The notes under the pieces are model-generated. The model was given only the letters and a program-made list of their open reading frames with translations, ran no database searches and was not told the origin of the DNA. Positions 20,939 through 28,337 of a stretch of 64,000 bases of DNA are shown one piece after another (the stretch's first letter is position 1; every line of letters begins with the position of its first letter). The DNA lies in assembly GCA_902764145.1 (NCBI GenBank), contig CACWUS010000002.1, forward strand, positions 69,493 through 133,492. The letters run 5' to 3'. The position numbers and the translations under genes were made by a program. This stretch comes from an uncultured Erysipelotrichaceae bacterium (GTDB lineage: Bacteria; Bacillota_I; Bacilli_A; RF39; UBA660).

Positions 20939-21316
20939 ATGAAAATAAATAAAAAACAAGTTATTTTTATATATAATCAGGAAGAATTTGTTGCAAGAGT
21001 AAATGAAATAGTAAATACTATTGAAAAATTATTCAGTAGTTATTATGATATGTCTAAATATGAAAGATTTTCTTTATTGAAAGTGTTCTATGATTTTGAT
21101 TTTGAAAAAGAAGATAAAACTATTGATGAAATAATTGATTATTTTGATAGTACACATTCATTAATTGATGTTTATCAAGATATAAAAGGATATTTAGCAA
21201 TATTTATTTATGAAATAAATAGAAATGCAAATACAACAGAAGAGGAAGACATATCCTTAAAATTAAAGTATTATTATAATACTACTTTTAAACAAAAACA
21301 AAGAATGATTGAATAA
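20939..21316 (+). CDS. Hypothetical protein
   Basis: 125 aa, acidic. Overlapping start-stop with the upstream gene. Confidence 0.4.
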   Translation: MKINKKQVIFIYNQEEFVARVNEIVNTIEKLFSSYYDMSKYERFSLLKVFYDFDFEKEDKTIDEIIDYFDSTHSLIDVYQDIKGYLAIFIYEINRNANTTEEEDISLKLKYYYNTTFKQKQRMIE

Positions 21317-21366
21317 GTAGTTTTATGATTATATTTTTGTTATAATTATTATTGTAAGGAGTAAAA

Positions 21367-21972
21367 ATGAAAAAGAGAAGTATTTCATTATTATTAAATA
21401 TATTAATTATCATTTTGGAAATTATAGGATTTGCAGTTTCTTATAATAATATGCATAGGATAGGTATAGAATATTTTACTGAAGAGTCAAATTTACTTGC
21501 CCTTATATGTTCTATAATATTTGTTATTTACTTAATTAAAAATAAAACTATACCTAAATGGTTAAATGAATTTAAATACATTACAAATATTAATTTAGCT
21601 ATTACTTTTTTAGTTGTTTTGTTTATATTAATACCTATGGATAACTTTAGTTATAAGAAATATTTATTAGATGGAACAATGAAATATCATCATTTAATAT
21701 GTCCTTTATTATCTATTTGTAGTTTTATATTTTTTGATAGATTAAAAAAATATAATATGAAGGATTTGTTTATTGGCTTGATAGTTACGTTTATATATGC
21801 AATTGTTATGATAATATTAAATATATTAGGTACTATAATTGGTCCATATCCATTTTTAATGGTTAAGAATCAAAGTGTTCTTATGTCAACAATATGGGCA
21901 TTAACAATTTTAAGTTTTTCATTTTTAATAGCACTATTACTTATGAAATTACATTCTAAATATAATAATTAG
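21367..21972 (+). CDS. Membrane protein, unknown function
   Basis: 201 aa with 5-6 TM helices. Confidence 0.45.
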   Translation: MKKRSISLLLNILIIILEIIGFAVSYNNMHRIGIEYFTEESNLLALICSIIFVIYLIKNKTIPKWLNEFKYITNINLAITFLVVLFILIPMDNFSYKKYLLDGTMKYHHLICPLLSICSFIFFDRLKKYNMKDLFIGLIVTFIYAIVMIILNILGTIIGPYPFLMVKNQSVLMSTIWALTILSFSFLIALLLMKLHSKYNN

Positions 21973-21980
21973 GAGGTATT

Positions 21981-22481
21981 ATGGAATTACTAGATGTTTA
22001 TGATGATAATGCTAAAAAAACGGGTAGAGTTGTTGAAAGAGGAAATAAAGATGAAATATTTGCTCCAAATGAACATATAGCAGTTTCAATTATTTTTATA
22101 GAGAATTCTAAGGGTGATTTTTTAATACAGAAGACAGCTAAAGGAGAATATTCTTCAACTGGAGGTCATATAGATCATGGTGAAGAAGCTGATGATGTTA
22201 TAGTAAGAGAAGTAAAAGAGGAACTTGGGATTGATATTAATATTAATGAAGTTGTTAAGCTTGGATATAGATTGTTTGATTTCCCACTAAGATTTTTATA
22301 CTATTTAAAAAAAGATATAAATTTAAATGATATTAAAATGCAAACTTCTGAAGTATCAAGTGTAGAATATATGAGTATAAGTAAAATAAACAAATTGATC
22401 GATAGTAATTTAATGAATAAAGGGCATGCAATGTTATTTAAAGAAATTTTGAAATATAAAGGAGAAAAAAATGGCAAATAA
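21981..22481 (+). CDS. NUDIX hydrolase
   Basis: Nudix box GGHIDHGEEADDVIVREVKEELGI (GX5EX7REUXEEXGU). Confidence 0.8.
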   Translation: MELLDVYDDNAKKTGRVVERGNKDEIFAPNEHIAVSIIFIENSKGDFLIQKTAKGEYSSTGGHIDHGEEADDVIVREVKEELGIDININEVVKLGYRLFDFPLRFLYYLKKDINLNDIKMQTSEVSSVEYMSISKINKLIDSNLMNKGHAMLFKEILKYKGEKNGK

Positions 22482-22749
22482 AAAAACTAACAATAATAAA
22501 AAAATTAGTAAAAAAGAAGAAGTTAAAGTTGAAAAAGTTAAAAAAGAGGAAAATAAAGTTGAAGAGAAAAAAATATTAAGTGATAAAAAAATAGCCATAT
22601 TATATGTTATTTGTGCTTTATGTTGGGTGGCTAGTGCAATTTTAGAGTATGTTGGTAATAAAAAAATATCATATTTAGATATATGTATATCTGTAATATT
22701 AATAATATTAGCTGTAGTATATTTTAGAAAAAGTAAAATAAATAAATAA
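22471..22749 (+). CDS. Small membrane protein with Lys/Glu-rich N-terminus
   Basis: 92 aa with two TM helices. Overlaps the Nudix stop and ends at the next gene's start. Confidence 0.4.
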   Translation: MANKKTNNNKKISKKEEVKVEKVKKEENKVEEKKILSDKKIAILYVICALCWVASAILEYVGNKKISYLDICISVILIILAVVYFRKSKINK

Positions 22750-23573
22750 TGCTTGAACATATATGGAATCCATGGCATGGATGTATAAAATATTCTGAAG
22801 GTTGTAAACATTGCTATATGTACTATTTAGATAAAGAAAGAGGCAAGGATGGGTCTAAAATATACAAAGTTAAAAGTAATTTTGATTTACCATTAAAAAA
22901 AGATAAATATGGCAATTATAAAATACCTAGTGGATCATTAGTACATGTGTGTATGACAAGTGATTTCTTCTTAAGTGAAGCTGATGAATGGAGAAACGAA
23001 GCTTGGAATATTATTAAAGCTAGAAGTGATGTAACTTTTTGGATTCAAACAAAAAGGGCTTCAAGAGTGAAAGAATGTTTACCTGATGATTGGAATAATG
23101 GATATAAAAATGTAATAATGTGTTTTACAGCTGAAAATCAATTAAGAGCAGATGAAAGAATACCAATATTACTTGATTTACCAGTAAAAAGAAAAGTTAT
23201 AATGTGTGCTCCAATGATTGGAGAAATAACTTTATTAGATTATTTAAAAACAGGTAAAATAGAGAGGGTACTAGTAGATGGTGAAAATTATGATGGAGAT
23301 AGACCTCTTAATTATGATTGGGTTAAGAAGTTATATAGTGAATGCTTAGAAAATAATGTATTATTTGATTTTGTTGGTACAGGCAATTATTTTATTAAAG
23401 ATAATAAGACTTATCATATTGTAAAAGCATATCAAGGTGTGATGGCAAGAAGAAGTTTTTTGCAAATACCATTAAAAGATTATAATTTAAAAATTCAACC
23501 AAAATGTAAGAATTGTAAAAGAAATAATTCATGTAATGGATGTACATGGTGTATGAGATGTGTAAAAAAATAG
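22749..23573 (+). CDS. DUF5131 (phage Gp37/Gp68-like) family protein
   Basis: N-terminus LEHIWNPWHGCIKYSEGCKHCYMY resembles the TWNPxxGC(T/K)xxSxGCxxCYA start of Gp37/Gp68-family proteins, recalled from memory. Cys-rich C-terminus. Confidence 0.45.
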   Translation: MLEHIWNPWHGCIKYSEGCKHCYMYYLDKERGKDGSKIYKVKSNFDLPLKKDKYGNYKIPSGSLVHVCMTSDFFLSEADEWRNEAWNIIKARSDVTFWIQTKRASRVKECLPDDWNNGYKNVIMCFTAENQLRADERIPILLDLPVKRKVIMCAPMIGEITLLDYLKTGKIERVLVDGENYDGDRPLNYDWVKKLYSECLENNVLFDFVGTGNYFIKDNKTYHIVKAYQGVMARRSFLQIPLKDYNLKIQPKCKNCKRNNSCNGCTWCMRCVKK

Positions 23574-23633
23574 TTATCATAATATAAATATTTTTAATTG
23601 TGGTATAATAAAAATAGAGTGAGATGTAGAGTT

Positions 23634-25073
23634 ATGAGTAGAAACAAAATTATTGTATTATCTATAATATGTGGATTAATAATATTAATGCTTTTTTTAT
23701 TGTTGGAAATAAAGCCTGAAATAATAGTTTATTATGATAATATAGAAATAAATGATGAGATAAACCAAGAGGTTTTTAATGATTTTGACTTACCAGTTAT
23801 TAAATGTAATTTTTTAAATAAAGATGTTTCAAATGAAGTGGTAGTTACAAGCAATGTTAATAAAGATAAATTAGGAAAATATGAAATTAATTATAATTTA
23901 AAAAAATTTATTTTTAATATAAATAAGACTATTACAGTTAATATAGTTGATAATATAAAACCAATAATACTATTAAATGGTGAAAATGAAGTACATGCTT
24001 GTAGTATACAAAGTTATAATGAAGAGGGGTATAGTGCTAGTGATAATTATGATGGTGATTTAACTGATAAAGTAATAATTGAAAAAGAAAATGATATTAT
24101 AAAATATACAGTTAAAGATTCATCTAATAATGAAAAATATATAACAAGAAAGATATTAACAAGTGATATAGAAGCGCCTAAAATTAAATTGAATGGTAAA
24201 GAAGTAGTATATGTTAAATTAAATGAAAAATATAATGATGAAGGTATTAGTGTTAGTGATAATTGTGATACAAGTATTAGTAATATAAGTATTGAAAATA
24301 AAGTAGATTATTCTAAAGTTGGTGTATATGAAATTATATATACAGCAGTAGATTCAAGTAATAATTCATCATCTATAAAAAGGTATATTTATGTATATGA
24401 TCCAAATACAGGAGTAAATATAAATGGTGGTAAAAAAGGTGTTATTTATTTAACATTTGATGATGGACCATCTACGTATACTCCTAAGATTTTAGATATA
24501 CTATCTAAATATAATATAAAAGCAACATTCTTTGTTACAAATAATGGAAAAGATAGTGTTATAAAAAGAGAATTTGATGAAGGACATACAGTTGCTCTTC
24601 ATACAGCAACACATAGTTATAAAAAGGTATATAAAAGTGTTGATAATTATTTTAAAGATTTAGAAAGTGTACAAAATAGAGTATATAAGATAACTGGTGA
24701 AAAACCTATGATTATTAGATTTCCAGGAGGTTCGTCAAATACAATTAGCAAAAATTATTCAAAAGGTATTATGACTATACTTACAAGTGAAGTACTACTA
24801 AGAGGATATCATTATTTTGATTGGACAAGTGTGATAGAAGATGCTGGAAGTTGTTCAAGTAAGAAAAATGAAGTAGAAAAAGAAAATTGTATCTATAAAT
24901 ATTTTGTAAAAGGACTTTCTAAAAAAAGAAGTAATGTAGTATTAATGCATGATATAAAAAGCTATACAGCAAATAAACTTGAAGACATGATAAATTATGC
25001 TATAAAAGAAGGATATACATTTGAAAAAATAACAATGGAGACAGAACAAATACATCATAAAGTTAATAATTAA
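23634..25073 (+). CDS. Membrane-anchored protein with two Ig-like (DUF5011-type) domains and a polysaccharide deacetylase (NodB/CE4) domain
   Basis: N-terminal TM. Repeated ...NGENEVHACSIQSYNEEGYSASDNYDGDLTDKV... / ...NGKEVVYVKLNEKYNDEGISVSDNCD... NodB motifs TFDDGP, HTATH, RFPGG. Confidence 0.7.
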   Translation: MSRNKIIVLSIICGLIILMLFLLLEIKPEIIVYYDNIEINDEINQEVFNDFDLPVIKCNFLNKDVSNEVVVTSNVNKDKLGKYEINYNLKKFIFNINKTITVNIVDNIKPIILLNGENEVHACSIQSYNEEGYSASDNYDGDLTDKVIIEKENDIIKYTVKDSSNNEKYITRKILTSDIEAPKIKLNGKEVVYVKLNEKYNDEGISVSDNCDTSISNISIENKVDYSKVGVYEIIYTAVDSSNNSSSIKRYIYVYDPNTGVNINGGKKGVIYLTFDDGPSTYTPKILDILSKYNIKATFFVTNNGKDSVIKREFDEGHTVALHTATHSYKKVYKSVDNYFKDLESVQNRVYKITGEKPMIIRFPGGSSNTISKNYSKGIMTILTSEVLLRGYHYFDWTSVIEDAGSCSSKKNEVEKENCIYKYFVKGLSKKRSNVVLMHDIKSYTANKLEDMINYAIKEGYTFEKITMETEQIHHKVNN

Positions 25074-25141
25074 TCCATGTATATTAAATTGACTAAATAA
25101 TTTATTTATATTAAAATAATAAATAGTGTATAGGAGGAAAT

Positions 25142-25825
25142 ATGAAAAAAGTATTAGTAGTGATTTGTACTATGTTATTATTTATTCCAACAATATTATT
25201 TGCTGAAGGTAATAACAAGGTAAAAGTTTATATTTTTGAAGCTGGAGGTTGTCCTTATTGTGAAATGGAAGTTGAGTATTTAAAAGGATTAAGCTCATAC
25301 AAAACAAAATTTGAAATTGTTAAAAAAGAATTATATGTTGATCATATAGATTGGAAAGAGGGAAAAGATTATAAATTAGGTGTAAATGTTGCAACTGCAT
25401 TTAATGAAGCTGGATTTGAAGATGCAGCTTATACTGGAACTCCTTTTGTTGTAATTAGTGATATATATGCAGCTGCTTCATATAGTACTGATTTAGAAGA
25501 TATTATAGAAGAAGCATATGAAGAAGGAGATAAAGATGCTGTTGCATGTATAGCATCAGGAAAAGAAAATTGTATTAGACCAATTAATACAGATAATATA
25601 CCATCAACAACTCCTGGTAAAATTAACTCTAAAGCTGGCATTGCAATTGCAGTATTAGCTGTAGTAGGTTTAGTTGTAGCGGTTATTTATATTGCTAAAA
25701 ATAGAGATACAGAAGTTAAAGAAGATACAACTTTCGAACCTGTTATAGAAAAGCCAGCTAGAAAAACTAGTCCTGCAAAAAAAACAACAACTAAAACAGC
25801 AACAAAAAAAACAACTAAAAAGTAG
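25142..25825 (+). CDS. Secreted, C-terminally membrane-anchored CxxC (glutaredoxin/thioredoxin-like) protein with basic Thr/Lys tail
   Basis: Signal peptide, GGCPYCE, TM IAIAVLAVVGLVVAVIYIA, tail KKTTTKTATKKTTKK. Confidence 0.5.
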   Translation: MKKVLVVICTMLLFIPTILFAEGNNKVKVYIFEAGGCPYCEMEVEYLKGLSSYKTKFEIVKKELYVDHIDWKEGKDYKLGVNVATAFNEAGFEDAAYTGTPFVVISDIYAAASYSTDLEDIIEEAYEEGDKDAVACIASGKENCIRPINTDNIPSTTPGKINSKAGIAIAVLAVVGLVVAVIYIAKNRDTEVKEDTTFEPVIEKPARKTSPAKKTTTKTATKKTTKK

Positions 25826-25875
25826 GAAACTACTTTTTTTATTTATAATATGATAAAATTTATATAGGTGAAAAT

Positions 25876-26310
25876 ATGAAATGTTATAGATGTAATAATG
25901 AATTAGATGATAAAGATGAAGTGTGCCCTAAATGTGGAAGTAAAGTAATAAGATATAAAGCAAAAGAAAAAGTTAGAGTGGAAAAAGTAAACAATGAAAA
26001 TTATGGACTAGAGTATTATAATTTTGCTTTAGGATGTTTGATAACTAAAGCAATATCTATTTTTATTGCATTTATTTTTCCAATTAATTTAATTATTCCT
26101 TGGACACTTATTTCATTAATATTTGCATGTGTATCTAAATTTAAATACAAATATAATAAGTCTTTAATAATAATGATAATAGACATTGTTTTAATAATAA
26201 TAGAAATTGTTATATTTATATTATGTATATTATTTATAAAAAAATTATTTATTATTTCATCTCCATTTTTAAATAATATTATTAATGGAATAATTGATAT
26301 GTTTAAGTAA
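25876..26310 (+). CDS. Zinc-ribbon membrane protein
   Basis: CYRCN...CPKCGS zinc ribbon followed by 3 TM helices. Confidence 0.5.
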   Translation: MKCYRCNNELDDKDEVCPKCGSKVIRYKAKEKVRVEKVNNENYGLEYYNFALGCLITKAISIFIAFIFPINLIIPWTLISLIFACVSKFKYKYNKSLIIMIIDIVLIIIEIVIFILCILFIKKLFIISSPFLNNIINGIIDMFK

Positions 26311-26358
26311 AATTTGATATAATAATTAAAGAAAATGCATGCTATTTTGGAGGCAAAA

Positions 26359-28305
26359 ATGGAAGATAAATTAAATAGAATGAAAGAACTTGTGGAAACA
26401 CTTAATTATGCATCAAAAATGTATTATCAAGAAAGTTCTCCAATAATGACAGATTATGAATATGATAAGTTATATGATGAACTTGTAAAACTTGAAAAAG
26501 AAACAAACACAACTTTTGCTAATAGTCCCACTGTTAATGTTGAAACAGAAGTATCAAAATCACTTGAAAAAGTAGAGCATAGTACTCCTATGCTTTCACT
26601 TGGAAAAACAAAGATAGTTAGTGACCTTGTAAGTTTTATAGGAGATAAGGAAGGACTATTATCATGGAAATTAGATGGTCTTACAATAGTTCTTACATAT
26701 AAAGATGGTAAACTTTTAAGAGGTGTTACTCGTGGTAATGGAATAATTGGCGAAGTAGTAACAGAGAATGTTAAAAGATTTAAAAATGTTCCACTTACAA
26801 TTCCATTCAAAGGTGAACTTGTTGTAAGAGGAGAAGCAATAATAAAGTATTCAGATTTTAATAAAATGAATGATGATGCTGATGAAGATGATGTTCAATA
26901 TAAAAATCCTAGAAATTTATGTTCTGGTTCTGTAAGACAATTAGATCCAAATGTAACAGCAAGTAGAAATGTAAATTGTATTATTTTTGCATTAATTAGT
27001 TCTAGTGAAAACATACCAAATATGAAAAATGAACAATTTGATTGGTTAGAATCTCTAGGCTTTGAGTGTGTTGAGAGAATTCTTGTAAACAAAAATAATA
27101 TTGAAGAAACAGTAATGTATTATAAAGAAAAAATCAAAAATTATGATATTCCATCAGATGGACTTGTTTTAACATTTAATGATATGGCATATGGCCTTAG
27201 TTTGGGAAGTACAGCCAAAGCACCAAGACATTCAATAGCATTTAAATGGAAAGATGAGACAGTTGAAAGTAAATTATTAAGTATAGATTGGAGTACATCA
27301 AGAACAGGGCTTATTAATCCTGTGGCAGTATTTGAGCCAATAGAAATTGAAGGAACAATAGTATCAAGAGCTTCAGTACATAATCTATCTATTATGCAAA
27401 GACTTAAACTTGGAATAGGAGACACTATTGAAGTATTTAAAGCAAATATGATTATTCCTCAGATAGCTAAAGATATTGAAGAAACAAATAATATAAGTAT
27501 TCCATTATATTGTCCTGTTTGTAATAATGAAACAACTATAGTTGAAAATAATGGTGTTAAATATTTATATTGTTTAAATGAGTTTTGTCATGCTAAGTTT
27601 ATAAAAAAACTAGATCTATTTACTAGTAGAAATGCTATGAATATAGATGGAATTAGTGAACAAATCTTATCAAAATTATTTAAAGAAGGAATGTTAGATG
27701 ATTATGCTGATATTTATCATTTAGATAGATATAAAGATAAAATTATTAATTTTGAAGGATTTGGAACTAAATCATATGATAATATGATAGCTAGTGTAGA
27801 AAAATCTAGAAATGTTAAAATAGCAAATTTTATTTATGCATTAGGTATACCTGAAATAGGACTATCAAGAGCAAAATTAATATGTAAACATTGCAACAAT
27901 GATATTAATAAAATTAGAAATATTACATTTGAAGAATTAAGTGTTATTGATGGTGTAGGAGATGTAATAGCGAAAACATGGTGTGATACTTTTAATAATC
28001 CTTTGTTTAATGAATCACTTGACAAATTATTATTAGAAGTTAAATTTAATGATGTTAAGAGTGATAAAACACCATTTAATGATTTAGTTTTTGTAATTAC
28101 AGGTTCACTTGAAAAATTTACCAATAGAGATGAAATGATAGAATACATTGAAAACTATGGTGGAAAAGTAATTAGTTCTGTTTCATCAAAGGTTAATTAT
28201 TTAATTAATAATGATGTTACAAGTAATTCAACAAAAAACAAGAAAGCAAAAGAATTAGGTATTAAAATAATAAGTGAAAATGATTTAATAGATATGAGTA
28301 AATAG
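26359..28305 (+). CDS. ligA: NAD-dependent DNA ligase
   Basis: Adenylation motif KLDG (SWKLDGLTIV), CPVCN...C zinc finger, HhH region, C-terminal BRCT (VFVITGSL...). Start at the ATG after the GGAGG RBS. Confidence 0.9.
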   Translation: MEDKLNRMKELVETLNYASKMYYQESSPIMTDYEYDKLYDELVKLEKETNTTFANSPTVNVETEVSKSLEKVEHSTPMLSLGKTKIVSDLVSFIGDKEGLLSWKLDGLTIVLTYKDGKLLRGVTRGNGIIGEVVTENVKRFKNVPLTIPFKGELVVRGEAIIKYSDFNKMNDDADEDDVQYKNPRNLCSGSVRQLDPNVTASRNVNCIIFALISSSENIPNMKNEQFDWLESLGFECVERILVNKNNIEETVMYYKEKIKNYDIPSDGLVLTFNDMAYGLSLGSTAKAPRHSIAFKWKDETVESKLLSIDWSTSRTGLINPVAVFEPIEIEGTIVSRASVHNLSIMQRLKLGIGDTIEVFKANMIIPQIAKDIEETNNISIPLYCPVCNNETTIVENNGVKYLYCLNEFCHAKFIKKLDLFTSRNAMNIDGISEQILSKLFKEGMLDDYADIYHLDRYKDKIINFEGFGTKSYDNMIASVEKSRNVKIANFIYALGIPEIGLSRAKLICKHCNNDINKIRNITFEELSVIDGVGDVIAKTWCDTFNNPLFNESLDKLLLEVKFNDVKSDKTPFNDLVFVITGSLEKFTNRDEMIEYIENYGGKVISSVSSKVNYLINNDVTSNSTKNKKAKELGIKIISENDLIDMSK

Positions 28306-28337
28306 AAAAAAGAATTTTTATAATGGGTGATAGGTGT

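Noticed and set aside
26454-28148. Minus-strand ORFs inside ligA (26454..26810, 26895..27092, 27141..27425, 27834..28148)
   Set aside because: Antisense to ligA, which has strong motif support. No RBS or starts of their own.
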